Positions 1-9,729 of a DNA stretch of 64,000 nt are shown one piece after another. Within the stretch, counting starts at the first letter, position 1. Each line of letters begins with the position of its first letter. This stretch comes from an uncultured Gammaproteobacteria bacterium (GTDB lineage Bacteria; Patescibacteriota; Patescibacteriia; JAHIZJ01). The DNA is taken from positions 571,042 through 635,041 of the forward strand of contig CAYJKP010000001.1 of assembly GCA_964371245.1 (NCBI GenBank), read 5' to 3'. Position numbers and translations under genes: made by a program. The notes beneath the pieces were generated by a model. The model saw nothing but the letters and a program-made list of their open reading frames with translations, was not told the origin of the DNA and did not search any database.

Positions 1-722
1 GGCGTACGGAGCGATGTATGAAAGTGAAGCCGGGTCAGACGCTGAAGTAACAATAACTGTCGTATATTTCATCGCGCCGCGAGATTCCAGTTCGGCTACG
101 ATCCGGGCGACTTTCGACTCCTTCTGGCCGATCGCGACGTAGAAACAAAAGACGTTCTGATCGTGCTGATTCAGGATGGTATCGACGGCAATCGCCGTTT
201 TGCCTGTTTGCCGGTCGCCGATAATCAATTCGCGCTGGCCGCGACCAATCGGAATCATCGAGTCAATCGCTTTGAGGCCGGTCTGAAGCGGCGTATTCAC
301 ACCTTGCCGCGTAACCACGCCGGGTGCGATTTTTTCGACCGGGTAGTATTTTTCCGCTTTGATCGGTCCTTTGCCGTCAATCGGCCGGCCGAGCGGATCA
401 ATGACGCGACCGATGACCGCTTTGCCGACCGGCACTTCGAGTATCCGGCCGGTGCTTTTAACCGTATCGCCTTCTTTCAGGTGTTGGTACTCTCCCAGGA
501 TCATCGCGCCGACAGAATCCTCGTCCAGATTGAGCGCCACGCCCATGGTCTGCCCGGGAAATTCAAGCATTTCCGAAGCCCGGCAGTCGGATAAACCGGA
601 GACCCGAGCAATGCCGTCGCCCAATTCAATGATTTGGCCGACCTTTTCCACCTTGGCCTGTTCGCGGAAGTTGGTGATCTGCTTCTTTAGTGATTCGATG
701 ACGTAATCTTTTGTCGTTGACA
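1..722 (-). CDS. atpA: F0F1 ATP synthase subunit alpha (N-terminal part; C-terminus lies beyond the window start)
   Basis: The reverse-complement translation from the ATG at 722 reads [44 protein letters not shown]..., typical of alpha-subunit N-termini. The plus-strand ORFs 163-594 and 359-706 are antisense artefacts. It is last in the atpI-B-E-F-H-A order. Confidence 0.85.
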
Positions 723-756
723 TACGCGTATCAGATTTCAAATATGAAATAATTAT

Positions 757-1158
757 TTATTCACTCAGTGATTGCTTTAAGGTGTGCAGTCTCGTCCGCA
801 AACTGGCGTCGATCAGAAGATCGGGAAACGCAACGATCATCCCGCCGAGAACACTCGCGTCCACGTGTCCCTGCAACCGGATCGTTTTTTTCAACATCTG
901 ACTGAGCGTTTCTTCAATCTCCTTTTTCTCCGTGTCTGGCACCCGCTGGGCGGTCGTGAGATTGCCCTCGACCACGCCTTCTTGGATCAACGCCTGACGC
1001 TGGAATTCCTGGCTAATCTTTTCGGCCAACGAGGTCTGATTTCGATCGGCTAACAGAGTCACAAACTTACGAACGATCGCATCAATTTCAGCGTGCGTTA
1101 ATCCGCGGGTAAGTTCGTGGAGTGCGATCGCGTATTGTTTCGCCGTCAGCCGTTTCAT
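757..1158 (-). CDS. atpH: ATP synthase subunit delta (OSCP)
   Basis: A 133-aa ORF lies between atpF and atpA and overlaps atpF by 4 nt. Its size and position fit the delta subunit. Confidence 0.75.
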   Translation of the reverse strand: MKRLTAKQYAIALHELTRGLTHAEIDAIVRKFVTLLADRNQTSLAEKISQEFQRQALIQEGVVEGNLTTAQRVPDTEKKEIEETLSQMLKKTIRLQGHVDASVLGGMIVAFPDLLIDASLRTRLHTLKQSLSE

Positions 1159-1661
1159 GCTTTCTGTTTTACTATTTCAGCGAGCGCGCGTTGGACTAGT
1201 TCGCGGTCTTTTTTCTCGTCCATGCGTTCCAGTAATATTTTCTCAACCGCCTGCACGACGACATCGGCAACTTCCGCCTGCGCTTCTTTTACCAGGGTGA
1301 TTTTCGCTTGGGCCAATTCGGCTTTCGTCCGCCTGACGATTTCTTCAACCTCGGCATTCGCCAATTTCAACTTTTCCTGGCGCAGTGCTTCAGCCTTTTG
1401 CATCACTTCATCGAGTATTTTCTGTGCTTGCTGACGAGCTGATTTCAACGCTGCCTCTTTCTCCTTGGCCGATTCTGCCAGATTGCGTTCAATTTGTTTA
1501 GCATCATCAAGGCTTTTTTCGATCGTGGCCGTCCGTTTATTCAGCATGCGCAAGATCGGCTTATAGGCGAAGCGGTACAATACGAACAGTAAAATAAAGA
1601 AATTGATGACCTGAGCGATAAGTAATTTCCAATTAATACCGAGCTGGGTAATGAGTTCCAT
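1155..1661 (-). CDS. atpF: ATP synthase F0 subunit b
   Basis: A 168-aa protein has one N-terminal transmembrane helix followed by a long charged coiled-coil (AEKEAALKSARQQAQ...). It sits in the operon where subunit b is expected. Confidence 0.8.
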   Translation of the reverse strand: MELITQLGINWKLLIAQVINFFILLFVLYRFAYKPILRMLNKRTATIEKSLDDAKQIERNLAESAKEKEAALKSARQQAQKILDEVMQKAEALRQEKLKLANAEVEEIVRRTKAELAQAKITLVKEAQAEVADVVVQAVEKILLERMDEKKDRELVQRALAEIVKQKA

Positions 1662-1737
1662 ATGCGCGGAAAAAGTTAATTATGAACACATCTGATTGGC
1701 CGTCGTTTTGGCGACAGCCAATCCTATCTGCCGATAA

Positions 1738-1965
1738 TTAGACAAATTTGATGATCAGCGCGACCACCAACGCGTAAATCGCGATGGCTTCGGCGAAGGC
1801 GATGGCAATCAACATCGGCACTTGGATTTTCGAGGCGGACTCCGGGTTCCGGCCAATCGATTCCATGGCCTTGCCCGCCAGTTTACCGATCGCCATGGCC
1901 GGGGCAATCCCGCCGATAGCGATGGTCAGCGCAGCCGCTAACATTTTTACTGATTCTGCGTCCAT
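1738..1965 (-). CDS. atpE: ATP synthase F0 subunit c
   Basis: A 75-aa two-helix proteolipid carries a GxGxGxG-like motif (IAIGGIAPAMAIG) and a conserved acidic residue in helix 2. Confidence 0.85.
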   Translation of the reverse strand: MDAESVKMLAAALTIAIGGIAPAMAIGKLAGKAMESIGRNPESASKIQVPMLIAIAFAEAIAIYALVVALIIKFV

Positions 1966-2045
1966 ATGTGTACTCCTTATTGATATTTCCTGGCGTACGA
2001 CGAGGGTTGGTGTTTAGCGTCGGCCCGAAAATATCGGTTAATAAA

Positions 2046-2780
2046 TTACTCGTGTTGTTCGAGGGTGGCTACTTTAAAGAACACCAGCGACAAGATGGCG
2101 AAGATAAATCCCTGGACCAGCCCGACAAAGAGTTCAAGAAAATAAAACGGCAGCGGCACAACGTATGGGATTAAGCTCGAGATGATGACTAATAAAACTT
2201 CACCGGCAAAGATATTGCCGAATAACCGAAACGAAAACGACACAATCGTCGCCAGCTGGTCAATAAATTCCAGTAATCCAATAATCGGATTTTTTATATT
2301 AATAAACCGTTTCCAGTATTTAAATACCCCGACCGCCAATATGCCGAAGACTTGGGTCGCGATCACGGAAATAATCGCCAAGGCTAACGTGGTGTTCAGA
2401 TCAGAGTTCACGGTCCGAAAGAACGGCACGAATACTTCTTGCCCGTGCTTCATCTCATTTAAACCGATCGTGCCAAAGCCGGGAAAAATACCCAGCCAAT
2501 TCGAGGTGACCACAAATAGAAATATTGTCACCACCCAGGGGAAAAACCGAACCGATTGCTTCCGATCCTGAGTGACGCCGTCCATCAGATTCAACCATAT
2601 TTCAACAATCCACTCGATCACGTTTTGAAGGCCGCGTGGCACCGCTTTTATTTTCTTTGCCCGAAGCGTCAATCCGACAATTACTAAAACCGCCACACTG
2701 ATCCATGAGGCTAGCAGTGTGTTGGTGACGGGCAAGCCTCCAATTTCAAATACTTTTTCCGCTGCGAGTGAAATCTCCAT
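2046..2780 (-). CDS. atpB: ATP synthase F0 subunit a
   Basis: A 244-aa polytopic membrane protein is positioned upstream of atpE. Confidence 0.85.
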   Translation of the reverse strand: MEISLAAEKVFEIGGLPVTNTLLASWISVAVLVIVGLTLRAKKIKAVPRGLQNVIEWIVEIWLNLMDGVTQDRKQSVRFFPWVVTIFLFVVTSNWLGIFPGFGTIGLNEMKHGQEVFVPFFRTVNSDLNTTLALAIISVIATQVFGILAVGVFKYWKRFINIKNPIIGLLEFIDQLATIVSFSFRLFGNIFAGEVLLVIISSLIPYVVPLPFYFLELFVGLVQGFIFAILSLVFFKVATLEQHE

Positions 2781-2781
2781 G

Positions 2782-3099
2782 TTACTCCTTCGTGTCCTTC
2801 TTTTCTTCCTTCTTCGGTGGCGTTGAACGAGCTTGTTCGGCCATCACTTTTACCGCCTTGAAAAAAACTCCGAGGGTGGAAATAATGATCGAGAGCATGA
2901 CGCCGGTGATCAAAAACCAGGGTTTCGTACCAAGCCAGCGGTCGACAAAGGCACCGCCGAGCGCAAATATAACGAGCGGGATGGCTATTAAATATCCCAG
3001 CTCCCAGGCAAAGCGGAGCGCCGACCACGGTGCTGATTTTTTATTCTTGTCTGACTTCGGCTCGTCCATGTTTTCAAGGAAAAATAAAATTAAACCCAC
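2782..3099 (-). CDS. ATP synthase protein I / AtpZ-like small membrane protein
   Basis: A 105-aa two-transmembrane-helix protein lies immediately upstream of atpB on the same strand, where atpI usually sits. Confidence 0.5.
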   Translation of the reverse strand: MGLILFFLENMDEPKSDKNKKSAPWSALRFAWELGYLIAIPLVIFALGGAFVDRWLGTKPWFLITGVMLSIIISTLGVFFKAVKVMAEQARSTPPKKEEKKDTKE

Positions 3100-3291
3100 C
3101 GTTTTCGCAAGTATTCTACACGAAGACTAGCAACAAATCAAGGGTAACTACTAATAATGGCTAAAGTTAGCCAATATATTTTTAGCCGCAGTAACACTTT
3201 ACGCATATTGAAAAAATAATCTGTGATTTTTTTATTACCAAATATTTTCTACAATAAATTTTCTTAATTTCGTCCACAATATTTTTCATAT

Positions 3292-3546
3292 GTGCTCACA
3301 TCATTTTTTCTCAAAAAGAGGATAGCTCGCCGTTATGCTCCCATTGACAATGACGCTTTTTTGCGCTATCATGTATATACTGTCTTCAAATTCAAAACAA
3401 AAATATTTATTGAACGCATGGACACGCACGATTCAAATGAACAGCGCAATGTCAAGCACAAGGAACACGATTCCTTGTCGGAGCTCGAAGTTGCTTTGAA
3501 AAAATTTCGTCAGGCCAGACGTCGGTTACAACACGAGATTAAATAA
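3292..3546 (+). CDS. Hypothetical small basic protein (the true start may be the internal Met near 3418)
   Basis: An ORF lies in the AT-rich region upstream of the atp operon and is followed by a T-rich stretch. No recognisable domain was found. Confidence 0.2.
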   Translation: MLTSFFLKKRIARRYAPIDNDAFLRYHVYTVFKFKTKIFIERMDTHDSNEQRNVKHKEHDSLSELEVALKKFRQARRRLQHEIK

Positions 3547-3608
3547 AAAAGGTCTCTTCCGTTTATTGTCGAGCCCTTTTTATTTTTTCACAGTATCTAG
3601 AGACTCGG

Positions 3609-4628
3609 CTAGTCTTCAGACGACGGTTTCTCGATCTGTCCCGTGTCGTTGTTTCCCTTCTGGCCGGTAATTTTGTAGACGTCCTTGTCGATTTTCTTAA
3701 ATTCCTTCGTGGCCGTGTTGTAGGTGTTTACGGTCGTCGACAGCTGATTGCCGATCCGACGATGATACTCATAATAGGCCGTTAAATGTTTCGCCATTTG
3801 TTCAACATTGGCTTGTATTTCTTTGGCCGATTCTTCGATCTGAAGCGCGCGCAGACCCTGGAGAACCGTTTGTAAATAGGCAAAAAATGAGGTCGGCGAG
3901 ACGATCATGACGCGTTTATCGCGAAAGGCGTATTCGATTAAATCACGGGTATTTACTTTAATGGCGCCGACTTGATTGACCAGTAAATCGTAATAGATCG
4001 CCTCGGCCGGAATAAACATGAACGCGAAGTCCATTGTCCCCTCTTCCGGACGGATGTATTTCGAGGTCTCATCAATCCGATTCTTGAGATCTTGTTTAAA
4101 TATTTTTTCCAGATCAGCGCGTTGAACCGGGTCCTTCGTCTGAAGAATGCGGTTATAATTCTCAAGTGAGAATTTTGAATCGATTGGGATGATCTTTTTT
4201 CCGACAAACACGGCCGCATCGACAATATCGCCATTTTTGAAACCATACTGCAGCTGATATGCTTTCGGCGGCAAAACGTTTTTCAAGACCGTTTCAAGAT
4301 AATATTCCCCGAGAATGCCGCGTTGTTTCGGATTTTGGAGAATGTCCTGCAAATTTTGTAATTGGTCGGCGAAATCAATGACTTGTCTGGTTGTTTCCGT
4401 CACCCGCGTGAGCTCCCGATGGACATCGAGTAAACGGTCCTGCACCACCTTCTGCATGCCTTGAATATTCTGGTTCACCAGGTACATCGGGTCCCGCATC
4501 GCATCCTGCTTTTCGCGTTGCTGTTGAAGCAATCGTCGCTGTTGTCCGGCCACGAGAATAATAACCGCCGTAAACCCGGCGATTAAACATGCAATAACGA
4601 CGATAAACCAAATAATATTCACTGTCAT
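3609..4628 (-). CDS. rmuC: DNA recombination protein RmuC
   Basis: A 339-aa protein has an N-terminal transmembrane helix and a long coiled-coil, then an RmuC-type C-terminal domain. Confidence 0.8.
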   Translation of the reverse strand: MTVNIIWFIVVIACLIAGFTAVIILVAGQQRRLLQQQREKQDAMRDPMYLVNQNIQGMQKVVQDRLLDVHRELTRVTETTRQVIDFADQLQNLQDILQNPKQRGILGEYYLETVLKNVLPPKAYQLQYGFKNGDIVDAAVFVGKKIIPIDSKFSLENYNRILQTKDPVQRADLEKIFKQDLKNRIDETSKYIRPEEGTMDFAFMFIPAEAIYYDLLVNQVGAIKVNTRDLIEYAFRDKRVMIVSPTSFFAYLQTVLQGLRALQIEESAKEIQANVEQMAKHLTAYYEYHRRIGNQLSTTVNTYNTATKEFKKIDKDVYKITGQKGNNDTGQIEKPSSED

Positions 4629-4700
4629 AGAGTTATTGTACCCTACCCTTTCCCCTTGGCAAGGCGCGTCGAGTTATCCACAGTCTATTACCATGTAATC

Positions 4701-4729
4701 TTGCCTAAAATAAACAACTTCGCTATGAT
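4701..4729 (+). promoter_or_regulatory. Sigma70-like promoter (TTGCCT-17-TATGAT) upstream of the 4789 ORF
   Basis: The hexamers and the 17-nt spacer were read directly from the sequence. Confidence 0.4.
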
Positions 4730-4788
4730 GAGTCATCAACGGAACTGCATCTATCCACGGAGGGTAGCGCTTCGCAGGAGGTAAGACG

Positions 4789-5142
4789 ATGGCGGGTATG
4801 GGGGTTCGGTCTTCTCCGTTGGTGGTCATGGGCTTTGTGGCCGTGACGGCAATCGTCGTTATCGGCGAGCAATTACACCAAAATCACACACCAACACTGA
4901 TCCTTCTCAACGAACAGACCTACTGGATGAGGACGTCCGAAACGAACGTCTATGCCGATCTAAAAGCCGCCAGTAAATGGCTAGAGGAACATCAACTCGT
5001 ACCGCGCGAAGTGATTATGGATCAACGCGATGTTGTTGCCCGTGTTACGCGCCTGCCCATTCCTCTCGACCTGAAGAACCGGTTGGTACTTGAAACCGGC
5101 ATCATCTTTGACTGTTCGAAGTCGAAACCGCCCGATCCGTGA
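4789..5142 (+). CDS. Hypothetical membrane-anchored protein
   Basis: A 117-aa ORF has an N-terminal hydrophobic segment and a promoter-like element upstream. Confidence 0.4.
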   Translation: MAGMGVRSSPLVVMGFVAVTAIVVIGEQLHQNHTPTLILLNEQTYWMRTSETNVYADLKAASKWLEEHQLVPREVIMDQRDVVARVTRLPIPLDLKNRLVLETGIIFDCSKSKPPDP

Positions 5143-5162
5143 CCTGTCATTGGTTCGGGCTT

Positions 5163-5975
5163 TTATTTTTCAATCGTTAGCCCAGTTTTCAAATGAAATA
5201 GTCGCTCGGCGTTTTTTGTTGTTTCGGCGACGACTACCTGATAAGGCATGTTTTTCAGTTCGGCAATTTTTTCAGCCACGTGCTTTACATAGACCGGTTC
5301 GTTTCGCTGTCGGCGATATGGGACCGGAGCCAAATACGGCGCATCCGTTTCGATGAGCATACGATCAATCGGCACTCGCCTGATCAACTCCAACAACCGC
5401 CCATCATCGGTAAAGGTGATAATCCCGGTAAAGCCAAGATGCAAACCGCGATCAAGAAATTGATCCGCGATCGCTTGGTCGCCAAGGAAGCAATGCACAA
5501 CCCCGCCAGCCGGCAATTTTTCCGACTGCAATTCGGCTAACAGCTCGGCATAGGCATCCCGGCAATGAAAGATAACCGGCAACTTCCGTCGGTCCGCCAA
5601 CCCAAGAAAAAAATGAAGGATTGTTTTTTGGTAGGTTTTTAATTCTTCCTTCGACTGGGCCGTTCCGTCCGGCAAACGATAATAATCCAACCCAACCTCG
5701 CCGATGGCGACGATTTGGGCGGAATATTTTTCGGTAAGCTCATTGAAGGCCTGCTCTTGAAATTCTATTTCGGCCGCATGGGATGGGTGAAAACCGACGG
5801 CTGCGTACATCTGTCCAGGGTATTGTTGCGCTAACTCAATCGCTGTCATACTCGTCTGATATTGTGAGCCGACATTAATAACCCGCAGCCCCGTTTGAAG
5901 GCAGCGGTTTATTACGTCCGTGCGGTCCTGACGATAGGCACGGAAATTTAAATGCGCGTGGGTATCGATGAGCAT
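5163..5975 (-). CDS. tatD: TatD family metal-dependent DNase/hydrolase
   Basis: The N-terminus begins MLIDTHAHL, and the EVGLDY and CFLG motifs are present. Confidence 0.9.
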   Translation of the reverse strand: MLIDTHAHLNFRAYRQDRTDVINRCLQTGLRVINVGSQYQTSMTAIELAQQYPGQMYAAVGFHPSHAAEIEFQEQAFNELTEKYSAQIVAIGEVGLDYYRLPDGTAQSKEELKTYQKTILHFFLGLADRRKLPVIFHCRDAYAELLAELQSEKLPAGGVVHCFLGDQAIADQFLDRGLHLGFTGIITFTDDGRLLELIRRVPIDRMLIETDAPYLAPVPYRRQRNEPVYVKHVAEKIAELKNMPYQVVVAETTKNAERLFHLKTGLTIEK

Positions 5976-6487
5976 TAGAATAGTCCAGGCAACACCCGAA
6001 ACGAATCGGGTAAAATGAAGCCGAGGAGATTGGCCGTACCCAGCATGAGTTGGGCGAGGTCAGAGCGGGACAACTGTTCGGCCAAACTCGGCTGATGAAG
6101 AAATTGATCGGCCACCATCAGAACGATGCCGATGACAAACAACCCTTCGACAAAACCGAGGATGGCGCCGCCGAACCGATTCAGTAGGGTATAGAACGGC
6201 ACGTGTTTTAATATTTGCAATGCCCGCGCCAAGAACCAAAAAACAATCCCTACCAAGTGGGTCGTCAGCAGGAATATCAGGACAAAGCCAATTAAGTTGG
6301 CGACCGCTTCCCGACCAAGAAATAACGGCGTAATCCAGCTCCCGATCCCTTCATAGTACCGACTGGCTAAATAATAGCCAAAACCAAGGCCGATGATTGA
6401 ACCGAGCGACTGAAACAAGCCAGTCATAAAACCCAGCACAATAAACCCGCCGAGGAAGATCAATAAAATGAGATCGATGATTGGCAT
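5975..6487 (-). CDS. cvpA: CvpA family membrane protein (colicin V production protein-like)
   Basis: A 170-aa protein has four transmembrane helices with a CvpA-like layout. Confidence 0.7.
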   Translation of the reverse strand: MPIIDLILLIFLGGFIVLGFMTGLFQSLGSIIGLGFGYYLASRYYEGIGSWITPLFLGREAVANLIGFVLIFLLTTHLVGIVFWFLARALQILKHVPFYTLLNRFGGAILGFVEGLFVIGIVLMVADQFLHQPSLAEQLSRSDLAQLMLGTANLLGFILPDSFRVLPGLF

Positions 6488-6543
6488 ACTCTGTTATTAC
6501 TATATCACAACAATGTGTTTGCCGAAATGGCGTTTTCGCGATT

Positions 6544-7419
6544 TTATCGAATGAAATACCAGGTGAGGTAACTCGTCACGTCGGTCAGGTCAGCTTTACC
6601 GGTTACCGCGACAGCATTAGAGCTCTCCAAAAGCACGCCAGTCTTCGCACCCCGTCTCTCAACATATTCCAGTAGAGTTAGAATAGCCGGTTTTGAATCG
6701 ACATACATATCGTTGACGCCGGCCATATCGCGCTTCTGCAAAACAGCGATATTTATTTCCGCCTGTGCTTCGGCCACCGCCGGCGTGACTTCATGCGAAA
6801 AATCCACACTGGCGAGAACGAGCGCGTCGTCCGGCAACGCTGCGTCTAACGTCTCAGCCAATCGTTTCGTGTCATCGGCAGTTACGGTGTTTTTTAGCAC
6901 AATCGGCACAAACGTCGTCCGAGGAAAAGATTTTTGAATAAACGACACTTCGGCTGAAATCGAATGTTCTTTTTCAAACACCCGCTCGTCAATCTTTACC
7001 AAATCTTCTTTTGACAACGTATCGATAATTGCTTCGGCTGGCTGGAGCGTGCCGTAGGGCGTCGACCATTCTCCTTTTGACGAAATTATTGGCCCGCTTC
7101 CGGTATTAAAGTGGTTTGGTCCAATCACGACGACCACGCTTGGCGTTTGATTGCTCAACCCGAGAAAAAACCTGGCAATCAGATGGGAAGCCAGCAAATG
7201 ATGCGGGGTAATTCCAGCCACCGCAAAATCAGGCGATTCCTTCGGTTTTTCATTTTTGTATGCCCGGTCAAAAAACTCCCGGTCCATGAAGAACGATCGG
7301 TGAACAAGACGGTCGTTAATCAACCCGGAGTTTGTTGATAGAGAGGTTATGTTTTCCGATTTCGTGCCGCAGCCGGCGAGAAAAACCGCCACCGCGCAAA
7401 AAACCAGTATCTTCCTCAT
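6544..7419 (-). CDS. MEMO1 / AmmeMemoRadiSam-protein-B family protein, predicted lipoprotein
   Basis: The ITPHH, GPNHF and SVDFSHE motifs match the Memo family. The likely start is MRKILVFCAVAVFLAGC at 7419, which carries a lipobox. Confidence 0.65.
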   Translation of the reverse strand: MRKILVFCAVAVFLAGCGTKSENITSLSTNSGLINDRLVHRSFFMDREFFDRAYKNEKPKESPDFAVAGITPHHLLASHLIARFFLGLSNQTPSVVVVIGPNHFNTGSGPIISSKGEWSTPYGTLQPAEAIIDTLSKEDLVKIDERVFEKEHSISAEVSFIQKSFPRTTFVPIVLKNTVTADDTKRLAETLDAALPDDALVLASVDFSHEVTPAVAEAQAEINIAVLQKRDMAGVNDMYVDSKPAILTLLEYVERRGAKTGVLLESSNAVAVTGKADLTDVTSYLTWYFIR

Positions 7420-7420
7420 A

Positions 7421-9706
7421 CTAGCGGTGTAAGGCCCCGCCCCACTCAACGACGGTGAAACCATGCCGGACTGGCGTTTCGAGTTTTTGCGGTGTAACGG
7501 TAATCCGGGTGTCGAGCGGTTTGTAATCCATGAACACGCGGATGATCTGATCCGGCTTTGGGGTTACAGTCAGCGGTGCCAGCTGATCGAAAACAGCCTG
7601 ATCAATGAACGTCACGAACACGTACGGTTTCATTTCCAATTTCGGCTGCCAGAAATTGATGAACTCAGCGCTTTCGTTTCCGTTCAGTCCAAGGACGGAC
7701 AGCTTTTCTTCCAGGAATTGGTGTACTTCCGAACGGGCAACAACGAAGCCTTGTTTCGGTATTTCATAGTTTAAGCCTATTCCTTCCCAGAAGAGATATG
7801 GGTATTCATCGCCATTTGCTGTTTTTAACTGCCCGTCTGGCCGCGCGATCACTGACCATCCGTCGGCTGGATACACCGGCTCAGTCACGGTGAATCCCCC
7901 GGTCGGGCTGACCTTCACGTTAACCGGTGTTTCTTTTTCCGGATAGAGGTAGATAACCGGTTTGCCGCATTCGGCGGCCGGTACGTATGTGGCCTTCTTG
8001 AACCGCAGCCACATGCCGAATGGGTCCTGCCAGAAAAACACCGGATGATCGGCCGCAAACGCGTCGTAGCTGGGTTTTGTCTCCTCGATCGGCACATAGA
8101 AACTGTCATATACCTCTCTTAAAGCTGGGTTATTTTTGTCCGCAAATTCATAGACGGCATCGCCGGTAGACGTCCGGCCCGTGGCCACGAGCGCTGACTG
8201 TCCGCCCAGATCAGCTGGTGTTGTCAGGGCGTGGCAGAGCATCGTACCGCACCCGCCCGTCGGATCGTTATAGGTGTAATCTTCTGATATCCGTGTGCCG
8301 TCGTTCCAGCGCACGTCTGGCCGGAAGCTGGTCGCGCCGAAATACGGATTTTCCGCAGTCGGCACGCTGGTGGCAAAGTCAAGTTTGTAGATGTATTTCT
8401 TGGCGGTGCCGTCTTTTTGTCTGACTATGAAGCATTTTTCGTTCGTATCAAACGACACGTCGCCGACAGTCGCGTTTGTGAACTTCTCTTCCAGGGTGGG
8501 ATAATCGGTATACATTTTATTCGGATCAAAAGCCGTAGCGAGGAGTTTGGTAGATGAGTTTGGAATTGCGATTTCGGCCGGCACGGTGAAGCCACTGAGC
8601 GTCGCCTGCGTGTCATATTGGAACGGAAATCCGACTTGTTGCAGATCGTCGGAGTATTTCTCGAGATAGACAAAGCTGGCGGTATCCGGGTTATAGGCTA
8701 CCCGATAAAGATTTTTCTGAAACGCCGGGCCCATAGGCAATTCAAGAATCACGACGAGTGTCTGGCCGGCATACGGGCGGGTATTAATCGTGCCGACCTG
8801 ATAATACTGGCGGCTGCTGAAATAATCGCCGTATTGATCACCGGGGTTTTCTGCGTTTTCTATCAGATTCAGTTCGACCGGCGCCGCCAGCCATGAGACC
8901 GACAAATCGCCGCCTTCGTTCGCCACTTTCGCCTTCGCTGTAGGGTTGGAGATTTCCGTATATGACTTCGGATCAATGAATGTGAAGCTATCCAGAATGT
9001 CGTTGACGAGAGCCATGTTTTTTTCCAACGCGGTCTGAGGTGCATTCAGCGTGATTTGATAGACGCGTTGTCCCCGCGCAATATAGCCGTAGGCCACTTG
9101 ATAAGCCAAATTAACATCGGTATCGTTGGGCGTAGTCCGAATGAATGATTTCATGCCATTGTCCCGTGTCTCGATCTCGCCGTAGCTGTCGCCCTGACGT
9201 TCGGAACGCATGGCCGCCAGCTTCTTGTTCAACCAAACCTCGAAGCTCGAATCGTCGTTATTATAATAGGTAATCCACATAGGAAATATATAGCCGGCGG
9301 GTGCGTCGACCGATACGAGCGAATCCTCTTCGTTGATTCCCTGTGTCACCGGGCCGCCTGTCCAGTCCGACGGTACGGATATCTCGAAACCGTGATTATA
9401 CAGCTGATACGTAATTGTCCGCATGTTAGAGACCGGGATAACGACATTCGTGTTCGTATTGGCATTCAGATTGGTGTTGGTGTTTGTCAGGCTATTAGTA
9501 TTTGCGTTGGTACTTACATTTGCATTCGCATTTACATTATTACCAGTATTTAGGGTCGTGATTGTGCCCTTATCCGTGTCGCACTGGGTATAAAAATACG
9601 CGCCAACAACAAGACCGGCGGCAACAATAATCGTCAAAAGAAACCAAAGTGCCGGCAGGCCTTTTTTGGGCTGTCCACCGTTGTTTTTTTCGATTGGCTT
9701 GGCCAT
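7421..9706 (-). CDS. Large hypothetical membrane-anchored extracellular protein (761 aa) with an N/T-rich low-complexity linker
   Basis: An N-terminal transmembrane helix is followed by an NANANVSTNANTNSLTNTNTN linker and a large domain of unknown function. The end abuts the Memo-like gene start. Confidence 0.65.
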   Translation of the reverse strand: MAKPIEKNNGGQPKKGLPALWFLLTIIVAAGLVVGAYFYTQCDTDKGTITTLNTGNNVNANANVSTNANTNSLTNTNTNLNANTNTNVVIPVSNMRTITYQLYNHGFEISVPSDWTGGPVTQGINEEDSLVSVDAPAGYIFPMWITYYNNDDSSFEVWLNKKLAAMRSERQGDSYGEIETRDNGMKSFIRTTPNDTDVNLAYQVAYGYIARGQRVYQITLNAPQTALEKNMALVNDILDSFTFIDPKSYTEISNPTAKAKVANEGGDLSVSWLAAPVELNLIENAENPGDQYGDYFSSRQYYQVGTINTRPYAGQTLVVILELPMGPAFQKNLYRVAYNPDTASFVYLEKYSDDLQQVGFPFQYDTQATLSGFTVPAEIAIPNSSTKLLATAFDPNKMYTDYPTLEEKFTNATVGDVSFDTNEKCFIVRQKDGTAKKYIYKLDFATSVPTAENPYFGATSFRPDVRWNDGTRISEDYTYNDPTGGCGTMLCHALTTPADLGGQSALVATGRTSTGDAVYEFADKNNPALREVYDSFYVPIEETKPSYDAFAADHPVFFWQDPFGMWLRFKKATYVPAAECGKPVIYLYPEKETPVNVKVSPTGGFTVTEPVYPADGWSVIARPDGQLKTANGDEYPYLFWEGIGLNYEIPKQGFVVARSEVHQFLEEKLSVLGLNGNESAEFINFWQPKLEMKPYVFVTFIDQAVFDQLAPLTVTPKPDQIIRVFMDYKPLDTRITVTPQKLETPVRHGFTVVEWGGALHR

Positions 9707-9729
9707 GGTTTTTTTCTAGTAATAAAATA

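Noticed and set aside
163-706. Plus-strand ORFs 163-594 and 359-706 from the six-frame track
   Set aside because: They are antisense to a clear ATP synthase alpha-subunit reading frame (minus strand, start 722) and have no features of their own.
6544-7464. Treating the Memo-like gene as part of an AmmeMemoRadiSam operon with the radical SAM gene at 38651
   Set aside because: The radical SAM gene is 31 kb away, is SPASM-type (the AmmeMemoRadiSam partner is not), and no AMMECR1 homologue is present in the window.
9440-9560. Short periodic AAT/GCA/TTG-rich repeats that could resemble a repeat array
   Set aside because: They are in-frame codons for an Asn/Thr/Ala low-complexity linker (NANANVSTNANTNSLTNTN) of the 761-aa surface protein. 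There is no repeat-spacer structure and it is not CRISPR.
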